Of a stretch of DNA of 64,000 nt, positions 25,301 through 35,915 are shown one piece after another. Below the pieces are notes generated by a model, which did no database searches, was not told the DNA's origin, and saw only the letters and a list, made by a program, of their open reading frames with translations. The position numbers were made by a program, and so were the translations under genes. How positions within the stretch are numbered: the stretch's first letter is position 1; each line of letters starts with the position of its first letter. The stretch is from NCBI GenBank assembly GCA_964016885.1, contig OZ024740.1, positions 392,460,001-392,524,000 on the forward strand, written 5' to 3'. The DNA is from Eledone cirrhosa (lineage: Eukaryota).

Positions 25301-26270
25301 GGTGAAGTTATGAAATGGAAACCAATTGTAAACGATAGATTCCCATGTCATATTCATTGATAATGTGGGAAAATAGTCATTTGCAAGCACCTTTGATGTT
25401 AGTTTGAGGTGGTAAACACAAAAAAAAAAAAAAAAAAAAAGCAGGTAGCAAATTTGTCACATTGATATCCATACCATGGTGTGATGTAAATGGTAGGAGT
25501 GTGTGTTTTGTAATAAATTTACCATAAAGTGAAGTATGGTTATGGTGTGGATTGGGGTAGATTAATGTGGTGTGGTGTGCTTTGTTATAAGTGAGGATTT
25601 AAATTTCCACTTTCATTTATGTTAGAAAAAAAATTTTTCCTTCATTTTTGCATGTGCTATCAACTTCCAAGATGCTTGCAGTGGACTATGCTTTTAGCAT
25701 ATTAACAAAAAATATGACTTCCGCTGCAATAAAAAATGACTAGCTTTGTAAATGGTATTTCCACCCACATCCTCCCTCTTTTTTCTACAAAGCTAGTCAT
25801 TTTCATCAGGTTTCCATGTCATAACAATTGATAATATGTGCATAAAATAGTCATTTGCGAGCACCTTTTATGTCAAATTGGGTGGTAAGCACAAAAAAAA
25901 AAAAAAAAAAAAAAAAAAATTGCCAGTTGAAAATTTGTCACACCAAAATCAATAGCTTGGTGTGGTTTAGCGAAGTTTCTACAAAAATAGTCATTTTCGA
26001 AAGGTTTCCATGGCATAACAATTGATAATATAGATAGTCATTTTCGACAGGTTTCCCTGTCATAATTATTAATGTGAAAAAAAAAAGTAAATTGGGAGCA
26101 CCTTTAATGTCAGATTGGGTGGTAAGCACACACACACAAAAAAAAAGGAAACGCGAAGAAAATGTTTCACAAGATCAATAGCTTGGTGTAATGTAGCATG
26201 GTGTAACTTGGTATGGTGTGGTTTGGTTTGGTTTGGTGAAGTTATGAAATGGAAACCAATTGTAAACGAT
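21050..26270. repeat. satellite, ~880-bp unit x ~6, with internal ~200-250-bp subrepeats
   Basis: Anchor CTAGCTTTGTAAATGGTATTTCCACCC recurs near 21430, 22215, 23085, 23975, 24860 and 25740; each unit has three GCACCTTT...polyA...GGTGTGATGTA subunits. Confidence 0.95.
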
Positions 26271-26460
26271 AGCATGGTGTGATGTAGTATGGTGTAGTTT
26301 TTTATGGTGTGGTTTGGTTTGGTGTAGTTTGGTATGGTTTAGTTTGGTGTAGTTATAACATGGAAACCTATCATAAATTTACCAAGGTATGGTATAATCT
26401 GGTTTGGTGTAGTGTAGGTTAGTGTAGTGTGGTGTGTTATTGTGTTGCATCGTATAGCGT
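26270..26460. repeat. degenerate (GTGTG/GTTTG)n pentamer repeat
   Basis: 5-bp periodicity; similar blocks at 30165-30385, 32195-32265, 32560-32928 and 34065-34345. Confidence 0.8.
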
Positions 26461-26554
26461 GATTCTCTTTAAATTAAAATCATTAAAATGTAATGCCTAT
26501 CTTCTATATCTTAAAGAGTGACCTTAAATGTGATTGCAAATGACTTTTTTCTCT

Positions 26555-29500
26555 GGGTTAATGTTAGATTTAGGGTTAGTGTTAGGGTAAGTTTAACTGT
26601 TAATGGTAAGTTTATTGTTAGTGACTGTGTTACTGTTAGCATTACTGTCACTGTTAGTGTTACTGTAACTGTTTGCGTTACTGTCTGCATCAGCGTTAGC
26701 ATTTGCATAAGCGTCTATGTAAGCTTTTGTGTTAGTGTCTATGTAGACTGGTGTTAGCATCTGTGTTAGTGTTTGCGTAAGTGTCAGCATCAGCGTCTGC
26801 ATTGGTGAGTGATTGTGTCAGCATTTCCCTTAGCGTCCGAGTCAACATTAGTGTAAGCATTAGTGTTTGTTTCAGTGCCTGCGTCTACGTCAGCTTCTGA
26901 GTCACCATTATCATTAGCGTCCGCGTCAGCACTTGTGTCAGTGTCAGCGTTTGCATCAGCGTGCACGTCAGCATTTGCATTAGTGTTTGAGTTAGTGTTT
27001 GCGTCAGCGTTTGCATTTGTGCAGGGGTTAGCATTTGTGTCAGCATCTGCATCAGCATTCACATTAGCATTAGCGTTTGCGACAGCATTTCCTTTAATGT
27101 CTTTGTCAGCATTTCCGTTAGCGTCTGTGTCAGCGTGTACGTTAGCTTCTACGTCAGCGTTTCCGTTAGCATCTGTGTCAGTGTTTCCGTTAGCTTCTAC
27201 GTCAGCGTTTCCGACCGCATCTGTGTCAGCGTCAGTATTTACATCTACATCAGCGTCAGCGTTTCAGTTAACGTTAGTGTTTACGTTAGCGTCTGTGTCA
27301 GCGTTTATGTTAGAGTCTGTGTCAGCGTTTACGTTAGCTTCTACGTCAGCGTTTCCGTAACATCTACGTCAGCGTTTTCCGTTAGCATTGGCGTTTCCAT
27401 TAACCTTTCCTGTGGCGTCCGCATCATTGCAGCGTCTGCATATCCCATGTAAGCGTTAACTTCAGCATTTGCGTCAGCGTTAGCGTTAGCCTTAGCCCTA
27501 GCGTCCGCATTCGCATTTGCTTTAGCGTCAGCATACACGTCAGCGCCCGGCAATACTGCCTCAACATTTGCGTCAGCGTTAGCTTGGCTTTGGCTTCAGC
27601 AATCCGCATCAGCAATTGCGTTTTGGAGATCAGCTTCGGCGGTAAGGGTAAACGCTAACTTCTACGCCTGCTTCTACGTAACAACTACGTCAGAGTTTTG
27701 TTAGCTTCTACGTCAGCGTTTACGTTAGCTTCTACATCAGCATCTACATTAGCTTCTACGTCAGCGCTTACATTAGTGTCTGTGTCAGCGTTTGTGTTAG
27801 CTTCTACGTCAGCGTCTGTATTTACATCTACATCAGCGTCAGCGTTTACATTTGCGTCTGTGTCAGCGTTTACGTTAGCTTCTACGTCATCGTTTACATT
27901 AGCGTCTGCGTCATCGTTTACGTTAGCGTCAACGTGTGTTAGCATCTGTGTCAGCGTTTATGTTAGTGTCTGCGTCAGTGTTTATATTAGCATCTGCGTA
28001 AGTGTTTACGTTAGCATGTGGTAACGTGTGTTAGCATCTGTGTCAGCGTCTGCGTCAGCATTTTCATTAGTGTTTGCATCAGTGTTTCCTTTAGCTTCTA
28101 CGTCAATGTTTACGTCTGCGTTAAGGTTCCCATTAGCATCGCTGTCATCGTTTGCATCAGCATTTGCGTTTGCTTTAACATCTGCATCAACATTTGCGTC
28201 TGTGTTTGCATTAGTGTCTGCATTTGCTTTAGTGTTTGTATCAGCGTGAGCATTTGTGTCAGTGTCCACGTCAGCGTTAGAGTGAGTAGCATTTACATCA
28301 GCGTGTGCATCAGTCTTTGTCAGCATTCGCCTTTGCACCTGCAACAGTATTCACCTTAGTGTTTGTGTCAGCATAAGCGATTGTGTCAACATTTGCGCTA
28401 GCGTTTGTGCCAGCCATCTTCGTCAGTGTCAGCGTTAGTGTTTCCATTAGTGTTCGTGTTTGATTTTGTATTAGTGTTAGCATTTTTGTTAGTGTTAGTG
28501 TTTGTGTTAGTGTTCAGGTTAATGTTGACTTGGTTTTCTGGTTAGTGTTAGTTTTCAGATTAGGGCTCGTGTTACTTTTAGTGTTAGTGCTCAGGTTAGT
28601 GGTTTATGGTAGTGTTAGTGTTCAGGTTAATGTTCGTGTTAATGTCAGTTTTAGTGTTAGTGTTCAGGTTAGTGTTTACGGTAGTGTTAGTTTTAGTGTT
28701 AGTGTTATTTTTTCCATTAGTGTTAGTCTTTGTTTTTCTGTTAATGTTAGTGTTTGTTTTAGTGTTGAGGTTAATGTTAGCTTAGTTTTCTGGTTAGTAT
28801 CAGTTTTCGTGTTAGTTTTAGTGTTAGTGTTCAGGTTAGTGTTAGTGTTTTTTTTAGTGTTAGTTTTTATGGTAATGTTAGTGTTAGTGCTCAGATCAGT
28901 GTTACTGTTTATGGTAGTGTTAGTTTTGGTGCAAGTGTTTAGGTTAATGTTAGTTTTAGTGTAAGTGTTCAGGTTAGTGTTAATGTTAGTTTTAGTGTTA
29001 AGGTTAGTGTTAGAGATTGTGTTAGTGTTTGTTTTTGTGTGAATATTTGTGTTAGTATATCTGTTAGCATAAGTGATTGATGTTTCCATTAGTGTTAGTG
29101 ATTGTGTTAGCGTTAGTCTTTGTTTTTGTGTTAATGTTAGCATTAGTATTTCTGTTAGTGTTAGCATGAGTGTTTGTGTTAGTGTTCAGGTTAATGTTAG
29201 CTTAGTTTTCAGGTTAGTGTTAGCGTTCAAGTTAATGTTAGTTTTAGTGTTAGAGATTGTGTTAGTGTTTGTTTTTGTGTTAATATTTGTGTTAGTATCT
29301 CTGTTAGTGTTAGTTTTAGTGTAAGTGTTCAGGTTAGTGTTAAAGTTAATGTTAGTGTTAGTTTTAGTGTTAAGGTTAGTGTTAGAGATTGTGTTAGTAT
29401 CTCTGTTAGCATTAGTGTTTGATGTTTCCATTAGTGTTAGTGATTGTGTTAGCGTTAGTCTTTGTTTTTGTGTTTGTGTTAAGGTTAGCGTTAATGTTAG

Positions 29501-30125
29501 CATTAGTATTTCTGTTAGTGTAAGCATTAGTGTTTATGTTAGTGTTCAGGTTAATGTTAGCTTAGTTTTCAGGTTAGAGTTAGTGTTCAAGTTAATGTTA
29601 GTTTTAGTGTTAGTGTTGAGGTTAGTGTTAGAAATTGTGTTAGTGTTTGTTTTTGTGTTAATATTTGCGCTAGTATCTCTGTTAGCGTTAGTGTTTGTTT
29701 TAGTGTTGAAGTTAATGTTAGCTTAGTTTTCTGGTTAGTATCAGTTTTCAGATTAGTGTTTGTGTTACTTTTAGTGTTAGTGCTCAGGTCAGTGTTAGTG
29801 TTTATGGTAGTGTTAGTTTTAGTGCTAGTGTTCAGGCTAATGTTTGTGCTAATGTTAGTTTTAGTGTAAGTGTTCAGGTTAGTGTTAGTGTTTGTATTAG
29901 TGTTTACGGTAGTGTTAGTTTTAGTGCTGATGTTAGTGTTAGTGTCAGTTTTAGTGTTGGTGTTCAGGTTAGTGTTTGTGTTAGTTTTCTATTTAATGTT
30001 AGTTTTCAGATTTTGTGTTTGTGTTAGTTTTCATGTTAGCGCTAAGTTCACTGTTAGAGCATGTGTGAGTGCAAGTGTTAGGGTAAGTTACTTTTAAAGT
30101 TCGGTTTTAGCTTAAAGTTAGGTTT
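26555..30125 (+). repeat. 3.6-kb degenerate hexamer array (TCAGCG/TTAGCG then TTAGTG), telomere-like
   Basis: 6-bp periodicity with strong GT-strand bias; TTAGGGTTAG near 26570 and TTAGGG near 30078; a ~340-bp higher-order duplication (29080 vs 29421). Confidence 0.9.
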
Positions 30126-30460
30126 TCTACTTTCCAGGAAAAAAGTTGATCCTCTCTAACTCGAATGGTGTGATATAGTGTGGTAAAGTATAGTGTTTCA
30201 TAGTCTTGTGTGGTGTTGTCTATTGTTGTATAGTGTAGTATGGTATATTGTTTCATAGCATGGTCTGATGTGAGGTTGTACAGTGTTTCGTAGTGTGGTG
30301 TTGGATAATGTGGTATGGTATAATGTTTGTCAGTGTGGTGTGGCATGGTATGGTATAGGTTGATGTAGTGTGGCTTAGTTTGATTATAATAATACAAATA
30401 ATAATAACAATAATAATAGTAATAATAATTGTTCTTCTTGTTCATTTTCTTTGTTTTCTT

Positions 30461-30695
30461 CTGTGCCTTTGACTTCTTCTATGCCTTTGACTTCTTCTAT
30501 GCCTTTGACTTCTTCTATGCCTTTGACTTCTTCTATGCCTTTGACTTCTTCTATGCCTTTGACTTCTTCTATGCCTTTGACTTCTTCTGTGCCTTTGACT
30601 TCTTCTGTGCCTTTGACTTCTTCTGTGCCTTTGACTTCTTCTGTGCCTTTGACTTCTTCTGTGCTTTTGACTTCTTCTGTGCTTTTGACTTCTCT
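30461..30695. repeat. 18-bp minisatellite (CTRTGCCTTTGACTTCTT) x ~13
   Basis: Near-perfect tandem copies. Confidence 0.95.
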
Positions 30696-31136
30696 GCCAT
30701 CTAAATACCAAAAACGAAGAATGTAAAACATATATGTTGCCTATCTCTCAGACTTTACAAAGTGCTGAGGAGATAAAATTAATTTAAAGAGCAGTGTGCT
30801 CATGCACTGTGATGCTATAATGTAGCTTATAAGCTATTTCATAACTAAAAAACAATGTCAGACATCAACAAAAGTATATACAAATATCTTTGAATATTTA
30901 AGTTAAACTTAAATAGATCGTATCTACAGGTCATTAGGTTATGGCTGAACTAAGATCATATCTATAAATCATTAGGTTTAGACTGAACTGAGATCATACT
31001 TTCTTCTTCTTTTCGTCATCTTCGTTTCCCCATGTCTTCTTTGTCTTTGTTATCATTTTCATTTTAGTCGCCTGCTTCGTCGTCTTTTTCTTCTTTTCCA
31101 TCTAAATATAAAAAAAAATTGTAAACAAATATATAG

Positions 31137-32111
31137 ATTTCTATTTATTGCCACTAGGGCGCAAAAGAAGGGGACAAATACAAGGGGGGAGTTTTCACAA
31201 AAAGGCGAGTAAAGAAAACAAATAACAAATATAAAATTAACAATAAAGTCCTCAATAGGGAGGGGGCGTGTGGGGGGTTGCACCCCCCCCCGAAAAAAGT
31301 CTGCAACCCCTTCTCCTCAGGAGCACAGAGAGAGGGTGCTCCCTCGTTCCTTCCTTTTTTCTACCTACTTTCACCCACCTTTCATAAAAACGACTGGGGT
31401 TGAGCATCTCTCTCCATCCTGATCCTTCTTCCGAAATGATATCGGAAGAAACAGATCAGTTGTTGGCCAGAGAGAAAGGTGCCTGACCCGAGCCCTTTCA
31501 GACGCATCCACCATACAACCTCCTTTTTACACACAGAAATACCGCCTCTCCATTTTTGAAGGGGGAGGCGGCTTAATCGTTACAATGGCCTCGGTTGTCA
31601 ACCAGATCGGTCCCACCCGTGATAGCAGTCGTTCGACATAGCCCCACAGATCGGCTACGCCCGAGCAGTGTACCAATGCGTGTGCAACGGTTTCCTCGTC
31701 GCACATGCATCTGGGACAGATCTTTTTGGCGGGGTCCCTACCCGGGCGCCCGTGTCTGTAGAGCTTTTCTCGAATGGGTAGAGCCCCTCGGTAGCACTGC
31801 CAGGCCAGGGACTTCTGGAAGTTGTTCATAGGTCCTGGGCTGAATGTCCTACCGAACAGGCTGGCCAGTTCGTCTTCCTCCATGTCTAGAGCTTCTCCGA
31901 GGGCGGCGTCGCACCTGCTGCATATCAGCCCTCTATAGAATGTCGCGGTGGAGTCTCCACTGATAACCAGGTCCACCTGCCAGAGGGCCGTGAGCGCCTA
32001 GGCACACTCAGTGTGCCAGGCGCCCAGTTTTCTCGGTCTTTGCTTGACCCAGGATTGCAGCTCGGTGAGTGAGACGAGTCTGGGAAAGGTTGTCTCACAA
32101 ACGGGGCCCAC
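31137..32111 (-). mobile_element. 5'-truncated L1/Tx1 LINE with 12-bp TSD
   Basis: zf-RVT-type C-terminus FQKSLAWQCYRGALPIREKL...CPRC...ETVAHALVHC; AATAAA at the 3' end; TSD ACAAATATATAG at 31125-31136 and 32112-32123. Confidence 0.9.
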
Positions 32112-32927
32112 ACAAATATATAGCTGATCTCTCAGACTTTCACGAAACACCGAGGAGATACAGTTAATATAATGAGTGGGGAGCTCATATATATATATGG
32201 TATAGCATGGTGTTATGTGGTCTGGTGTGGTACAACATTGTGTGATGTGTGGTATGATATGGTGAGGCAGAGGAGGGGGACAATGTTAGATTAATGTTAC
32301 AATACACATATAACATCCACATGTGATGAGAAAGGGGAAACAGTGTTTAACTAATTTTAACATTACATGTAGCATCCATCTACAGGTGATTAAGTTAAGA
32401 CTGAGGTGTAATCATATGAAAAGGTCAATTTAAAACTACACTGAGATTCTGCTTAAAATGATGGTCAATGAAGTGTTTACTTACTCAGATCCTTTGAAAT
32501 AACTTTCTTTCTCTTACTGTAACTGGACATACCTACGAAATAGAAAACAGTCGAATAGACAGTGGTGTGGTGTAGTGTAGTGGACAGTGGTGTGGTGTAG
32601 TGTAGTGGAGTGTGGTTTAGTGTAGTGGACAGTGGTGTGGTGGAGTGGAGTGTGGTTCAATGTAGGGTGGGGGATATGGTGTAGTGGAGTGTAGTGGGAT
32701 GTAGTGTGGTAGCATGTGGTGTGATGACATGTGGTGTGATGTGGCGTGGCGTGGTGAAATGTGATGTAATGAAATGTGGCATGGCGTGGTGAAATGTAAT
32801 GTGATGTGATGAAATGTGGTGTGGCGTCGTGAAATGAGGCGAGACAAGACGAGACGTGATGTGATATGGTGTGGTGTGATGTGGTGAGATATGGTGTGGT
32901 GTGGTGTGGTGTGGTGTGATGTGATGT

Positions 32928-34062
32928 GAAATTTTTTCATCCTATTTTTCATGTGCTATCAACTAATCCAATCTCCAAGATGCTTGAAACTGACTTTTTC
33001 CCCCCAGGAAAACGGCGTGGTGAGGTGGTTCCCCCTTCACCCGGATAACCCCTGCTTACTCGGAATTTTCTCTTTGATTCTATTTTCATGCATTATCAGT
33101 GAATATGACTTCCAAACCAGTCAAAAACAACTAGCTTTGGAGAAAGAGGAGGGAGAGGGGAAGAGTTTTGCAGATCTACACTCCACTCACATGTTGTGGG
33201 ACTTAATCATTTTCGGTATATTTCCTGTGCTATTTCCTACGCTATTTCCTATGCTAATTCCTACGCTATTTCCTACGCTATTAATTAATCTGACCTCCTA
33301 GATGGTTCCAACCAACTTATTTTCCTGGGTAGGGTTTAGGGTTGGGGTAACGTTTAGGGTTTAGTTTTAGGGTTGGGGTAATGTTTAAGGACTAATTTTA
33401 GGGTTGGGGTAATGTTTAGGGACTAGTTTTAGGGTTGGGGTAAAGTTTAGGGTTTAGTTTTAGGTTTGGGGTAAAGTTTAGGGTTTAGTTTTAGGTTTGG
33501 GGGTAATGTTTAGGGTTTAGTTTTAGGGTTGGGGTAAAGTTTAGGGTTTAGTTTTAGGTTTGGGGTAATGTTTAGGGTTTTGTTTTATGGTTGGGGTATA
33601 GTTTAGGGTTTAGTTTAAGGGTTGGGGTAATGTTTATATTTAGATTTAGCTTGGTTTGGTTTAGATTTAGAGTTTAGGGTTGGGGCTAGATTTAATTTTA
33701 TGTTTAATTTAGTTTTAGTTTCCAAATCCCAGAAAAAAAATTGATTCGGAGCAAATAGAAGGTCAGATTAGTTGATAGCACTCAAAAGGAGACCGAAGAA
33801 AAATCATTAGGGTATATATCTGAAAAACGACAATGGTTTTTCCACCTGCTTTACCCCTCCTTTTTCCTAGAACAACTAATCATTTCCAACTGGTTTGGAG
33901 GTCATATTCGTTGATAACATACGAAAAATCTTAGAGAAAACTCTGGGGTTAAATGAGAGAAGTGCATCCACCTAAGTTTTCCATGAAGAGAGAGTCAATA
34001 ACAAACATCTTGGAGTTCGGATTAGTTGATAACACATGAAAAAAAGATTATGAAAAAATTTT
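32928..34062. repeat. foldback structure: ~350-400-bp imperfect inverted arms around a telomere-like array
   Basis: Left arm TTTTTCATGTGCTATCAACTAATCCAATCTCCAAGATG mirrors right arm CATCTTGGAGTTCGGATTAGTTGATAACACATGAAAAA; AATATGAC.TCCAAACCAGT and TAATCTGACCT are also mirrored. Confidence 0.8.
33328..33720 (+). repeat. ~30-bp tandem repeat of TTTAGGG/TTGGGG telomere-like motifs
   Basis: Repeated TTTAGGGTTTAGTTTTAGGGTTGGGGTAA(T/A)G. Confidence 0.9.
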
Positions 34063-34553
34063 GGCTGTTATGTGGTGTGGAGTAGTGTGGTGTGTTTTTA
34101 TGTGGTTTGATGTAGTGAGGTGTGTTTTTATGTGGTGTGTTATGGTGTTATGTGGTGGGGAGTAGTGTGGTGTGTTTTTATGTGGAGTGTTGTGTTGTAG
34201 TGAGGAGTGGTGTGTTGTGGTGTTATGTGGAGTAGTGTGTAGTGTTGTATGTTCTTATGTGGTGTGATGAAGTGTGGTGTGGTGCGGTGCACTGCGATGT
34301 GGTGTGGTGCAGTGTGGTGTTGTGTAGTGCGGTGCAGTGAGGTTCTTCATCTTTATCTTTCTCTTCTTCATCTTTGTATTCATCTTCTTTGTTTTGTCTT
34401 CCATCTAAACAAAAAAAAATATATATAAAATATATGTAGCCAATCTCTCAGACTTTTACAAAGCTCCAGGGAGATAAATTTAATATAAGTGGTGTGTTCC
34501 TGAACAGAGATACTACAAAATAGCTTAAAAGCTATATATATATATATATATAT

Positions 34554-34913
34554 AAACGTTTGAATATGTATAATAAAGCCAAAACAATGCAGGTATGGAC
34601 ATAGAAAAAAGAATGCAATTGCATTATAGATACTCTATACTATTATAGATACTCTATACTATTTCCTGTCAGCATGGCTTGGCAAGATATTTAGAACGCT
34701 GGTTTGAGACCTTTATTTCCCTCTGAAGAAGAGATATTATCTCGAAAATTAAGGACATTTAAATAAATCTAAGGTAAAAGACGATTTGTCAACAATATCT
34801 TTTGCAAATGCATTCTTTTTTCTATGTCCATACCTGCATTGTTTTGGCTTTATTATACATATTCAAACGTTTAGACCTCATTACACAATGCTTCAAGTGA
34901 ACTATAACCTCCT

Positions 34914-34915
<2 letters not shown>
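34554..34915. mobile_element. Penelope-like terminal fragment with 70-bp inverted repeat
   Basis: 34554-34623 mirrors 34803-34872; central CTGAAGAAGAGATATTATCTCGAAA motif; flanked by (TA)n on both sides. Confidence 0.5.
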
Positions 34916-34969
<54 letters not shown>

Positions 34970-35915
34970 AATATACACGGGTGTGTATGATTGTGTATAG
35001 AAGATTATATTAATAAAAGGAATTCCAACTTTGTCTGATTTACTCGTTTTATTTACAATCCTTTAAAATTATAATGGTATTAGAATGAAATAGCATGGTA
35101 GAATATTAAGTGTTAATTGAACAAGTAATTTCATGCTTTTACAATCTTCAGGTTCATATCTGTGGTGACAGTCAAGTTTACAATTTTCAACTGTAATGAG
35201 ATGGGAAAAATGTTGTGCCTTATATACAGTGAAAAGCGGCTACAGAATGCTAAATTTTGCAAACTGTATTTCGATCAATAGGTGTGTAGTTTCACTGGAT
35301 TACTGAAGCTGATTGGTTTAGGCATCACAGTTGATTGGGCATGTCTAACGACTTCTATTTGGCCCTATTCAAAGCATCAATTGTTTTGCTATTTTTAGAA
35401 ATGATGAAAATAGCATTTTCTAGGTCAATATATACATATGTTTCTATATGTCTCTTGTGTTGAAAAGGAGGTCAAGTATGTTAAAAATCACTGAATAATT
35501 GCTCCGAAGACTCCAAACCTCGGTTTGGAAGAAACAATTGTAAGCAAATAAATGATTTAAACAGAACTTTGATTCATGTAATCTCTATATACATTCATAT
35601 ATACACTTCTACGAAATGTAATGTAAAAATACCATTTTCTTCTTGTCTCCCCACCCTTCGGTTCATTCATCCATTTATCTGTCTAATCGCCCAGAATCCA
35701 ATCCTACTTTCTCAATGCTATTCTATAATTCTGTCTGGCTGTTCTAAATAATCTTGTGTATTTTAAAATTCCAGTATATCGCTTGTTACTGTTATATGCT
35801 TTATTTAAAACTTCTCCTCGCTCGCTAACTACCCCATACCACTCCCACCCGCCCCACTCTCCACCATTATTATTTGGACCAATCATAAGTCAGCGGCATA
35901 TGCTATCACTTCTGG

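Noticed and set aside
26511-30097. ORFs with ADANA / LTLT / VSVS repeats as antifreeze-like or structural proteins
   Set aside because: They arise in all frames from the hexamer periodicity, are broken by stops and show no exon signals.
30384-30731. EEVKGT/EEVKGI repeat protein
   Set aside because: Translation of an 18-bp minisatellite that is open in several frames and runs into simple repeats; no splice or homology support.
33328-33720. True chromosome telomere
   Set aside because: Degenerate, internal, and enclosed by inverted arms.
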